Positions 55,367 to 64,000 of a stretch of 64,000 nucleotides of DNA are shown in pieces. The notes beneath the pieces were generated by a model. That model worked only from the letters and a program-made list of their open reading frames with translations, ran no database searches and was not told where the DNA came from. Within the stretch, counting starts at the first letter, position 1, and each line of letters opens with the position of its first letter. Origin of the DNA: Vicinamibacterales bacterium (lineage in GTDB: Bacteria; Acidobacteriota; Vicinamibacteria; Vicinamibacterales; UBA8438); NCBI GenBank assembly GCA_965229825.1, contig CBDDJQ010000011.1:460487-524486 (forward strand). Reading direction: 5' to 3'. The translations under genes were made by a program, and so were the position numbers.

Positions 55367-56605
55367 CTATCCCTGGACCTTGCCCCTGGCGGCCCGCCTG
55401 ATGGCCAGGATCTCCTCGTAGTCCTCGATGAAGACGCCGTCCGGCCAGGTTTCCATCTCGCCGTTGTCCCGTATTCCGATCTTCTCCAGCAAAGATCCGT
55501 GCCCCGGTTCCGTGTGGACCCAATAGACCAACACGTGCTCGGCCGGCAACCGTCCCTCCGCGATCCAGCGTCGCGCGCGGAGGAGAATCATCTCCGAATG
55601 TGTCTCGACGACCAGAGGTCGTGCGGGTCCGGCGAGGTTCTTGATCAGGAGCTCGGCGATGTTCGCGTGGGCCGCCGGATGGAGCTCGGCCTCGGGATGT
55701 TCGATGACGTCGACGCCGGGACCCGCTTGGCGCGCCGACAGCGCCATGACAACGACCGGCAGCACATGGGAGAGTCCACGGCCCGCCTGCTCGATGCGCA
55801 CGTAGGTGTTCCTGAACGGCGTTCCTGTCCCCAAGTCGAAGTACCTGCCCTGCGCAACGAAGTCGATTGGCACCCCGAAGGTCTTGCGGTACCAGTCCTG
55901 AACCGATTCGAGCAACGTCTCATCCGCGGCCAAAGCCAGCGGCGAATCTCGTCCGTCGGGTCCAATGCTCGCGGGTGCGCGTTCCGACGCGTGAAGCGCC
56001 GACGCGCGGAGATGCCGCGGGCATCGCAGGTGACGAACACCCGCGGCCCAGGCCCTCAGGGCGTCGGCCTGCGGGCCTATCCAATCAGCGAGCGCGTGGG
56101 GTTGCGCGGGTAGCAACCCCCGCCAGATCAAGGGACGAAGGTCCGGTGAATCCCCCGGGACCGAAATGCGGTAGTCGGCGGCTTTGTTGAATCCCTGCCT
56201 TTCCGCAACGATCTCCCTGTCGCCGCTCTGCAGCCGCCAGTCGGAGATCTGCCGCTCGGACGTTCGTCCCGGCGCCATGACGTTCGTGACGGTGGCGGAG
56301 AGCGACGATTCGCCGCTCTCGCCGGCCAGGGTGATGGAGAGTTGCAGTCGACCGTGCACGGGGCGCCCCGTCACGAGATCCTCGAAGGTCTCTCCGTGCC
56401 GGAGCCCGCCGGACTCCAGCGGAAGCGGTTCCCGCACGACGCCGTCCGGGGGAGCCAGCCCGCCCGCCAGCAACTGGATCGCCTGGGCGAGCGCGGTTTT
56501 CCCGGAGTTGTTGGGCCCCACCAGGATGGTCAGCGGAGCCAGCTCCACCTCGGCCCGCTGTGCGTAGCCCTTGTACCGTTCGAGACTGAAATGTCGGAGC
56601 TCCAC
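55367..56605 (-). CDS. ABC-type ATPase (AAA_15/AAA_21) with DUF3696-like C-terminus
   Basis: LAPLTILVGPNNSGKT, QAGRGLSHVLPVV, VIEHPEAELHP, ETHSE, C-terminal DNGEMETWPDGVF. Confidence 0.9.
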   Translation of the reverse strand: MELRHFSLERYKGYAQRAEVELAPLTILVGPNNSGKTALAQAIQLLAGGLAPPDGVVREPLPLESGGLRHGETFEDLVTGRPVHGRLQLSITLAGESGESSLSATVTNVMAPGRTSERQISDWRLQSGDREIVAERQGFNKAADYRISVPGDSPDLRPLIWRGLLPAQPHALADWIGPQADALRAWAAGVRHLRCPRHLRASALHASERAPASIGPDGRDSPLALAADETLLESVQDWYRKTFGVPIDFVAQGRYFDLGTGTPFRNTYVRIEQAGRGLSHVLPVVVMALSARQAGPGVDVIEHPEAELHPAAHANIAELLIKNLAGPARPLVVETHSEMILLRARRWIAEGRLPAEHVLVYWVHTEPGHGSLLEKIGIRDNGEMETWPDGVFIEDYEEILAIRRAARGKVQG

Positions 56606-57064
56606 GCCGACTACATGATAACCACTGCCGGTCACGGAATCCTGAGCTTGGTCGTCGGGTGACGCCGCCTCGGGTGCGCCCGCGGCGGCGCTTTCGCTCT
56701 GACCGGGTCGGCCAACTCGCGGGTCGCCGCTCCGAGTGCCCCCAAGCCGATCGTGTGGGATCGAGCAGGAGATCGCGCTGGTGTCGTGCTGCTCCAGGGG
56801 CAGCACGAAGCCGGGCGCTTTCGCTCCGATCTGCGGTCCCAGCGATGCGACATGGGGGTTCTGTCAACCGGATGGGGCGAGGGAAGTCCTGCTCGGAGTC
56901 GTCCTGCTCGACTGGCGGAGTACTTGCGGCGTGCGCTTCCTGATGCCGTTCGACGGCACTTGGTTCTACGGCGACGCGGCGCGGAGGCTCGCGCCGGCGG
57001 TCGGCCGGCGCACCGAGTCGCCGAGGCGGCCGGCGGAGCGCCCGGTTCGGTATAGACTTGCTGT

Positions 57065-57250
57065 ATGGTGCCGAGTTCCCGCAGCCTGCTCGACCCGGTC
57101 ACCGAGGCCTACAAGAAGGACATCGACCGGACCCTGCTGCGCGAGAACCTCGAGCTGAGCGTCGAGGGCCGGCTGCGCCAGCTGATGGAGCTTCAGCGGC
57201 TCGCCGAAGAGCTGCAAAGGGCCGGGCGGGCCGCGCGGCGCGCACCGTGA
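57065..57250 (+). CDS. Small protein coupled to a nucleotidyltransferase (putative antitoxin partner)
   Basis: DPVTEAYKKDIDRTLLRENLELSVEGRL; GTGA overlap with the next gene. Confidence 0.7.
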   Translation: MVPSSRSLLDPVTEAYKKDIDRTLLRENLELSVEGRLRQLMELQRLAEELQRAGRAARRAP

Positions 57251-57723
57251 CCGACTTCGCCGCCCTCCTCCGCACGCTCGGCGACCACGGCGTCGCGTAC
57301 ATCCTCGTCGGCGGGGCGGCGGCCACCGTGCACGGATCGGCGAGACTGACGCTGGACGTGGACGTCGTCTACCGGCGCACACCCGACAACCTGGAACGGC
57401 TCGCTACCGCGCTGGCTCCCTACGAGCCCCGCCTGCGCGGCGCCCCGCCCGGGCTTCCCTTCCGGTGGGATGCGGACACTCTCGGCCGCGGGCTCAACTT
57501 CACGCTGGCCACTTCCCTCGGCCCTATCGATCTGCTGGGAGAGATCGTCGGCGCGGGCTCGTACGAGCAGCTCTTCCCTGACACCACCGAGGTGACGGCG
57601 TTCGGCGTCAGTTGCCGCTGCGTGACCCTCGATGGCCTGATTCACCTGAAGCGGTCGGCCGGACGCGTCCGGGACCTCGAGGCGGTCGCCGAGCTGGAAG
57701 CTCTGCGCGAAGAGCGAGGCTGA
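57247..57723 (+). CDS. Nucleotidyltransferase (AbiEii/DUF6036-like)
   Basis: YILVGGAAATVHGSARLTLDVDV (GG...T.D.D), IDLL, L.GLI.LK..AGR.RDL. Confidence 0.82.
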   Translation: MTDFAALLRTLGDHGVAYILVGGAAATVHGSARLTLDVDVVYRRTPDNLERLATALAPYEPRLRGAPPGLPFRWDADTLGRGLNFTLATSLGPIDLLGEIVGAGSYEQLFPDTTEVTAFGVSCRCVTLDGLIHLKRSAGRVRDLEAVAELEALREERG

Positions 57724-57764
57724 ACCGGCCGGCACCGACTTCTTCCAGCTCCGGCGGTTCGTCC

Positions 57765-57840
57765 ACCCCCGCGGTGACGCCGGTCGAAGCGGTCCACTTC
57801 ACGGAGCTGCGGACGCGCATAGACGCCCTGCGCACGGGAG
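57765..57840 (+). pseudogene. Fragment of a repeated surface-protein domain
   Basis: TPAVTPVEAVHFTELRTRIDALR, recalled from memory as a C-terminal repeat of acidobacterial surface proteins; no complete gene surrounds it. Confidence 0.4.
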
Positions 57841-57983
57841 GCGAAGGCCGCAGCGTCGGTGAGACTGGGTCGATGGCAGCGAGGGTTTCGCCAAGGCCGG
57901 CGGGCGACGATTGGCCAAGCATCTGCGCTGCGGAACCGCGCAGATGCTTGGCCGTCGGTTGGGGCGAGGAGCCGGCTGTCAGG

Positions 57984-59126
57984 CTACCGGTCTGCCCGCT
58001 GCCGGTCGAGCAGGTCGATCTCGAAGGTGAAGGACAGCGGCACCGACACCGGGTCGTAGCAAAGCCGGTCGTCGCACGCCTGGTAGTCGAGCGTCCCCGA
58101 CAACGTCACCGCGTCGGTCTCGGCGAGTGCCTCCTCCACGCCCGGGGCACCGGACACCACCGCCTCCTGCAGCAGGGTGAACGGGGCCTGATAGACGGGC
58201 ACCCGCTCGTCGAGCGGTTCGAAGTGGTAGATCTCCGACGCCGGGAACACCACCGGCTCGAACCGGGTGTGCGGCAGCGGGGCCAGGGACAGCCCGAGCA
58301 CGCGATAGCCGAGCTGCTCGGCCCCCGGGGCATAGAGGTGCATGCCCGGGTTCGGCTCGATCTCGACGGCGACGGAGAAGCGGGTGCCCACGGTGATGGT
58401 CGGATCGCTGGCGTACGCGGTGAACTTCAGGTGCGCGGTCGATCCTTCGATGGCCGCGATGGGCGACAATCCTTCGCCGAGCCGGAGCATCACGTTCGCG
58501 GTCGTGTTCCGTTCCCGATAGAACTCCTCGAAGAACCGCGCCGTCACGCGTCCCTCGCGATCGAGCATGAAGGTCCCCGGGAACGGCGTGCCGACGATGT
58601 TCGAGCCCGCGCCGAACACCGACACGTACTTCGCGACATCCGCCACGACGTCCGGGTCGTCGCCGTTGGGGCCCTGGGCCTCGATGGCGACGGTGTTCAG
58701 GATGCCGAAGTCGGTGATGACCGCGGAGTCGTCATCGGCGAGGAGCGGGAAGCTGATGCCGCGCCGGCGGCTGAAGTCGGCGAGCACTTCCTGCGAGTCG
58801 TAGCTGATGGCCGCGACCCCGAGGCCTCTCCCCCGCAGTTCTTCGATACGGTCTTGCAGCTCCACGAGCTGCGCTTTGCAGTAGGGTCACCAGTCGGCGG
58901 AGCGGTGGAACAGCAGGATCGCGCCGTTGGGTCCCAGAATCGACTCCCGTGTCCGGGTGCGTCCGTTCTGGTCGGTCAGGGCGAAATCGGGGACCAGGTC
59001 TCCGATCTGCGGTCCCAGCGATGCAACGTTCACCGGTGTTCTCTCCTGCATGGCCTGGGATGGGACGCCGAGCGACAGGGCGCAGAGCGCCGCCGCAAGA
59101 GCGACTTGACGCAGTTTGACTTTCAT
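57984..59126 (-). CDS. Selenocysteine-containing peroxiredoxin-like (AhpC/TSA) protein fused to a DsbD N-terminal-like domain; UGA at 58887-58889
   Basis: ORFs 58887-59159 and 57984-58865 are in one frame: GPQIGDLVPDFALTDQNG...FHRSADW-UGA-PYCKAQLVELQ gives UxxC. Hairpin GCAGCTC-GTG-GAGCTGC 14 nt downstream; C-terminal GMHLYAP...YQACDDRLCY.P. Confidence 0.88.
58856..58872 (-). promoter_or_regulatory. Putative bacterial SECIS hairpin
   Basis: Perfect 7-bp stem with a G-containing loop, starting 14 nt 3' of the in-frame UGA. Confidence 0.55.
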
Positions 59127-59343
59127 GACGCCGAATCCTATCACGGGCGGGGGCGCCATCTATCACGGGCGGGGGCGCCATCCCGAGCCTGACCCCGCGG
59201 GATTCGCGCCAGCGGCCGGCGGCCGACCGTGCCGCCGGTTTCGTCGCCGGCTGGGCGCCATGCCGAGCGCGCCCGGCGGACGGACCGAGCCACGGGCGCC
59301 CGGCGCCGCCTGACTATAATGCGCGGCGGGAGGACGAGACTTC

Positions 59344-59775
59344 ATGCGAACAGCTCAGAAGCTGACACTCGAGGACGCGCGGGTCATGATGGCCGGGGCC
59401 GAGGCCAAGGCGCGGGAGATCGGCGTCGACATGGACATCGCGATCACCGACGACAGCGGTAGCCTGCTCATGTTCCACCGGATGGACGGCGGCCGCATCA
59501 CGAGCATCGACGTAGCCATCTGCAAGGCGTTCACCGCCGCCGCGGCGCGGCGCTCGACGCGGTCCTACGGCGAGGTGAGCGGGCCGGGCGGCCCCGCGTT
59601 CGGTATCCACGTCAGCAACCAGGGCCGCTTCATGATCGTGGCCGGCGGCCTGCCGGTGTTCGTGAACGAGGAGATCGTCGCGGGTATCGGCTGCAGCTCC
59701 GGCTCCCCCGATCAGGACGAAGTCGTGGCCCAGGCCGGCCTGGACGCGCTGCTGGCGAGTCTGGCCGGCCAGTAG
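59344..59775 (+). CDS. GlcG/HbpS-family haem-binding protein
   Basis: IAITDDSG.LL.F.RMDG...SIDVA..KAFTA...GGLPV...VAGIG.S.G...QDE.VA.AG. Confidence 0.9.
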   Translation: MRTAQKLTLEDARVMMAGAEAKAREIGVDMDIAITDDSGSLLMFHRMDGGRITSIDVAICKAFTAAAARRSTRSYGEVSGPGGPAFGIHVSNQGRFMIVAGGLPVFVNEEIVAGIGCSSGSPDQDEVVAQAGLDALLASLAGQ

Positions 59776-59868
59776 CCCGCACCGCGGACCGGCGCTCCTG
59801 GCGGCGGGTCGGGCGGAAATCTGGGGCCGCGGCGATTCCGGACCGGCCGTGGGAGCGCGGCCAGCGAG

Positions 59869-61407
59869 TCAGGGCTGCTGCTCGCGCGCAGCCAGGACGT
59901 CCCGGAAGTTGGGTCCCAGATCCTCGCCCAGGGAGGTGTCGGCGCCGAGCTGCTCGAGGACCTCGCCCGTCTCCTGGTGGGTGTAGAACGATCCGGATCG
60001 GTACTCGCCTTCGGCCGCGATCATCCAGGGTGTCTGGCCGCGGACGTTGACGACGTCTATCTCGGCCCCCTGCTCGACCAGGTACGGCACCAGCAGCGTG
60101 CCGCCGAGATAGACGGCGCCGTGCAGCGTGGTCTGCTCGTGGACGTTGGTGGCGTTGACGTCGAGACCGAGCTCGAGCAGGTACTCCACCGCCGCGAGCG
60201 CCGATTGCTGCAGCGGCAGGTTGTCGCCGAACCACCGGACGCCGTACTTGTCCGCGCCCTCCACGTAGTCGCCCCCCGCCGCCACCATCAGCGCGGTGGT
60301 CTCGTCGTCCGCCCGCAGCATCGGGTCGGCGCCGCCTGCCACGAGGATCCTCATGCTCTCGAGGTCGTTGTAGCTCGCGGCCAGGAAGAACGGGGTGGCT
60401 CCGATGTTGGAGGGCGACAGCCCGTGGCCCTGCGTGATGCGCCGCGAGACGAACGGCAGGCGCTTCGTCATCCGGGGGTCGGGGTCGGCGCCGTGCTCGA
60501 GGAGAGCCGCGACCACCTCCGGCATCTTCCGCTGCACGGCGGCGTGCAGGGCAGTGCGCCCCGCGCCGTCGTGGTCGGGGTCCGCGCCCCGCGCCAGCAG
60601 GAAGCGCGCCAGCTCGGAATGGCCGCTGTCGATGGCCACGAGCAGGGCGGCGGCGTCGGTGCCGGCCACGAAGCGCGAGCGGGCGTTGGTGTTGCCGCCG
60701 ATGCCGTCGGGCGCCGACTCGTCGACGTCGGCCCCGGCCGACAGCAGCAGGTCGGCTGCCTCGAGATTGCCCTGCTGGGCCGCGAACAGCAGCGGGGTGA
60801 ACCGGTTCTTCGACCGGGCCGAGACGACGGCGCCGGTCTCCAGCAGCAGGCGCGCCACCGGGGTGTGGTTCTCGGCCACCGCCAGCATCAGCGCGGTCTG
60901 GCCGAGGGTGGTTTCCGTGGCGTCCGGGTCCGCTCCTGCCGCGAGCAGGCTCCGGACCACGTCGAGGCTGCCGACCCGCGCGGCCGTCATCAGCGGCGTC
61001 TCGCCGTTGCCGCGCGCCGCGTTCGCATCCGCCCCGGCCGCGAGCAGGGTGCCGACGATGGAAAGGCTGCCGTTCAGGCTGGCCAGCGCCAGCGGGGTGA
61101 CCCCGTGATCGTCCGCGGCGTCGACGTTGGCGCCGGCCGCGAGCAGGTCGGTCGCCATGGCGTGCGAGTCGCGGTGCGCCGCCCAGTGGAGGGCGGTGGT
61201 GCCGTCGCCGTAAGCCGCGTCGGGGTCCGCGCCTCCCTCGAGCAGGGCCCGGACCGCCGGGTGGTCGCTGCTTCTCACCGCCGCGACCAGATCCGGCGGA
61301 TCGAAGGCCGGCTGGGCGTGGGACGTGATGGAGAGCGCGGTCGCGAGGACGCCGGTTGCGATTGCGGTCACCGTCGATGCCTGTACCTGCATGGTTCTCG
61401 GTCTCAT
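59869..61407 (-). CDS. Secreted ankyrin-repeat protein (paralogue of 14904-16379)
   Basis: Repeated GTTALHWAA, GVTPLALA, GETPLMTAA, GQTALM.A, FTPLLFAA, GATPF.LAA, TTALMVAAG. Confidence 0.92.
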   Translation of the reverse strand: MRPRTMQVQASTVTAIATGVLATALSITSHAQPAFDPPDLVAAVRSSDHPAVRALLEGGADPDAAYGDGTTALHWAAHRDSHAMATDLLAAGANVDAADDHGVTPLALASLNGSLSIVGTLLAAGADANAARGNGETPLMTAARVGSLDVVRSLLAAGADPDATETTLGQTALMLAVAENHTPVARLLLETGAVVSARSKNRFTPLLFAAQQGNLEAADLLLSAGADVDESAPDGIGGNTNARSRFVAGTDAAALLVAIDSGHSELARFLLARGADPDHDGAGRTALHAAVQRKMPEVVAALLEHGADPDPRMTKRLPFVSRRITQGHGLSPSNIGATPFFLAASYNDLESMRILVAGGADPMLRADDETTALMVAAGGDYVEGADKYGVRWFGDNLPLQQSALAAVEYLLELGLDVNATNVHEQTTLHGAVYLGGTLLVPYLVEQGAEIDVVNVRGQTPWMIAAEGEYRSGSFYTHQETGEVLEQLGADTSLGEDLGPNFRDVLAAREQQP

Positions 61408-61534
61408 TTGCCGTCCGCCTGACCCGGCGCACAGCCCACGCCTGAACGCGGCGGGCCGCCGCTCCTTCGCTTGACTGCCGCCATCGCCTTCATGATAATG
61501 CAGCGGCGGGCTTCGAATACAACTCCATCAACGG

Positions 61535-63976
61535 TTGAGCATGGCAAACGGTCACGTACGTACACCGGGCTTCGCGGCGGTACTGGCTTGGACGGCGCTG
61601 TCGTTCTGGGGGGGCGGGACGGACGCCGCGCTGGCGCAGTCCGTGCCGGACGATCGTGCCTTGCTGACGCGCTACTGCGTCGGGTGCCACAACGATCGTA
61701 CCCTGACCGCGGGCGTCTCCCTGCAGACCGTCGACTTCGATCGGGTCGGCGAGCACGCGGGCGAGGTCGAGCTGTGGGAGATGGTGGTGCGCAAGCTCCG
61801 CGGGCGGTTGATGCCCCCGGCCGGCCGGCCGCGTCCGAGCGAGGCGCAGTACGACGGGGTCGCCGCCCGCCTCGAAGCGGCGCTCGATGCGGCGGTGGCG
61901 GCCGCTCCGAACCCCGGCCGGCGTCCCGCCGTCCACCGCCTCAACCGCGCCGAGTACGCCAACGCCGTCCGCGACCTGCTCGCGCTTGAGATCGACCCCC
62001 GGGCGCTGCTGCCGGCCGACGACTCCGGCTACGGCTTCGACAACATCGCCGACGTGCTGTCGGTGTCGCCGATGCTCACCGAGCGCTATCTGTCGGCGGC
62101 GCGGAAGATCAGCCGGCTGGCCGTGGGAGACCCGAGCCTGGCGCCGGCCACCGAGATTTTCGCCGTCGACAAGTATCTGAAGCAGGATGCGCGGGTCAGT
62201 GACGACCTGCCGTTCGGCTCGCGGGGCGGGCTCGCGGTGCCGCACACCTTCCCCGTGGACGGCGAGTACGTCGTCAAGATCTATCTGGCCCGCACCTACG
62301 ATGGACGATTGCGCGGCCTCGCCGACCGGCACGAGCTCGAGGTGCGGCTCGACGGCGCCCTCGTGCGAACTCTGACCGTCGGCGGTCCCTTGCACGACGC
62401 GGCGGGCGTCGAGCAGCGGCGGGACTATCGGAACTCCGCCGATGACGGGCAGGAGGTGCGCTTCACGGTTCCCGCCGGCCCGCATCTGCTCGCGGTGACC
62501 TTCGTCGATCAGTCGGCGGTGCTGGAAGGCATGCGCCGGCCGCACTACGCGGTGACCAGCTACGAGTACGCGGGCGACCAGACCCTCGATCCGGGCATCG
62601 GCCGGGTCGAGCTGCGGGGGCCGTACAACGTCACCGGCCGCGGCGATACCCCCAGCCGGCGCGTCCTCTTCGTCTGCCGTCCCCCCGCCGGGGCGGCCCC
62701 ATCGGGCCCCGAGGAAGCGGCCTGCGCCCGGCAGATTCTCGAGGCGCTGGGACGCCGGGCGTTCCGGCGGTCGCTCGACGACCGCGACCTCGACATGCTG
62801 CTGGGTTTCTTCCATCTCGGGCGCGAGAGCGGCGACTTCGACGCGGGCATCGAGATGGCCCTCCGCCGGGTGCTCGTGAGCCCCGACTTCCTGTTCCGGC
62901 GCGAGCGGGATCCGGACGGGGCGGCTCCCGGGGCGCCGTATCTCATCGGCGAGCACGAGCTCGCGGCGCGGCTGTCCTTCTTCCTGTGGAGCAGCATTCC
63001 CGACGACGAGCTGCTCGACCTCGCCGATCGCGGCGCGTTGCGCGAACCGGGCGTGCTCGAGGCCCAGGTGGCGCGGATGATGGCGGATCCGCGGGCCGCG
63101 TCGCTGGTCGACAATTTCGGCGGGCAGTGGCTGTACCTCCGCAACATGGCCCTGGTGGCGCCCGATCCGTACGCCTTCGCCGACTTCGACGCCAACCTCC
63201 GGGGGGCGATGGCCCGCGAGATGGAGCTGTTTCTCGACCGCCAGATTCGCCGCGACCACAGTGTCCTCGAGCTGCTGACGTCGGACGAGACGTTCGTCAA
63301 TCAGCGGCTGGCCGAGCACTACGGCATCCCGAACGTCTACGGGAATCACTTCCGGCCCGTCTCCCTCGTCGGCGGGCTGTCGCCCCGGCGGGGTCTGCTG
63401 GGCAAGGGCAGCCTGCTGACGGTGACCTCCTACGCGCATCGGACGTCCCCGGTGGTCCGCGGCAAGTGGCTGCTCGAGAACATTCTCGGTGCGCCGCCTC
63501 CGCCGCCCCCGCCGGATGTGCCCGCCCTGGCGGAGAACGACGACAGCGCCGAGGCGCCCCGCTCGGTGCGGGAGCGGCTCGAGGTGCACCGCGAGAATCC
63601 GGCGTGCGCGGCTTGCCACCGGGTCATGGATCCCCTGGGCTTCGCGCTGGAGAATTTCGACGCCATCGGTCGCTGGCGGACGGTGACGGCGGCGGGGACC
63701 CCGGTGGATGCGGCCGGCGAGCTGGCGGACGGGACCCCGGTGGACGGACCCGAATCGCTGGCCGCGGCGCTGCTCAAGCGGCCGGACAGTTTCGTGACCA
63801 CCGTGACCGAGAAGTTGCTGACCTATGGACTCGGGCGCGGTGTAGAGTATTACGACGCTCCGGCGGTGCGCCGGATCGTCCGTGAGGCGAACGAGCACGA
63901 CTACCGCTGGTCCGCGATCATCGCGGGCATCGCCCGCAGTGTGCCGTTTCAGATGAGGAGAGGTCCCGCGTCATGA
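61535..63976 (+). CDS. DUF1592/1588/1587/1585/1595 (PSD) c-type cytochrome protein
   Basis: CVGCH and CAACH; HRLNRAEY.NAVRDLL; LAARLSFFLWSSIPDDELL; RTSPVVRGKWLL. Confidence 0.92.
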   Translation: MSMANGHVRTPGFAAVLAWTALSFWGGGTDAALAQSVPDDRALLTRYCVGCHNDRTLTAGVSLQTVDFDRVGEHAGEVELWEMVVRKLRGRLMPPAGRPRPSEAQYDGVAARLEAALDAAVAAAPNPGRRPAVHRLNRAEYANAVRDLLALEIDPRALLPADDSGYGFDNIADVLSVSPMLTERYLSAARKISRLAVGDPSLAPATEIFAVDKYLKQDARVSDDLPFGSRGGLAVPHTFPVDGEYVVKIYLARTYDGRLRGLADRHELEVRLDGALVRTLTVGGPLHDAAGVEQRRDYRNSADDGQEVRFTVPAGPHLLAVTFVDQSAVLEGMRRPHYAVTSYEYAGDQTLDPGIGRVELRGPYNVTGRGDTPSRRVLFVCRPPAGAAPSGPEEAACARQILEALGRRAFRRSLDDRDLDMLLGFFHLGRESGDFDAGIEMALRRVLVSPDFLFRRERDPDGAAPGAPYLIGEHELAARLSFFLWSSIPDDELLDLADRGALREPGVLEAQVARMMADPRAASLVDNFGGQWLYLRNMALVAPDPYAFADFDANLRGAMAREMELFLDRQIRRDHSVLELLTSDETFVNQRLAEHYGIPNVYGNHFRPVSLVGGLSPRRGLLGKGSLLTVTSYAHRTSPVVRGKWLLENILGAPPPPPPPDVPALAENDDSAEAPRSVRERLEVHRENPACAACHRVMDPLGFALENFDAIGRWRTVTAAGTPVDAAGELADGTPVDGPESLAAALLKRPDSFVTTVTEKLLTYGLGRGVEYYDAPAVRRIVREANEHDYRWSAIIAGIARSVPFQMRRGPAS

Positions 63977-64000
63977 TTGTCACCAAGATGGCCCTGCCCC
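63973..64000 (+). CDS. Start of a DUF1552 protein (truncated by window end)
   Basis: ATGA overlap; MIVTKMALP matches MIISKLALP at 17878. Confidence 0.75.

Noticed and set aside
56800-57060. Protein-like fragment (VLLGVVLLDW...FLMPFDGTWFYG)
   Set aside because: No start, RBS or identifiable family; cannot be supported.

Overview
High-GC bacterial window. Gene content (VWFA-related protein, two DUF1592/DUF1552/ankyrin clusters, TonB receptor, GerMN-rph-rdgB) suggests an Acidobacteriota genome, possibly Vicinamibacterales and host-associated; this is an inference. The window opens inside a CRISPR array with a type I-G/I-U-like 37-bp repeat and contains no cas genes; one repeat is split by a 30-bp copy of the next spacer. 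Other content: an OLD-like ATPase-TOPRIM fusion; toxin-antitoxin modules; a complete IS1182-family element; a dispersed MITE family, one copy inserted in frame in a CDS; a phosphate-starvation island (nptA, TonB receptor operon, pstCAB-phoU-phoB-phoR) with 11-bp-period Pho-box-like repeats and an internally deleted pstS; housekeeping genes (pyk, rph, rdgB, recQ, amidase); a tightly coupled three-gene candidate defence operon (DUF3696 ABC ATPase, stand-alone TOPRIM protein, DUF262 protein); and a UGA-readthrough selenoprotein (Prx-like/DsbD-N fusion, UxxC) that the ORF track splits in two. Many gene remnants and short tandem duplications point to ongoing genome erosion, though some may be assembly errors. 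All family assignments come from motifs recognised by eye, not from database searches.
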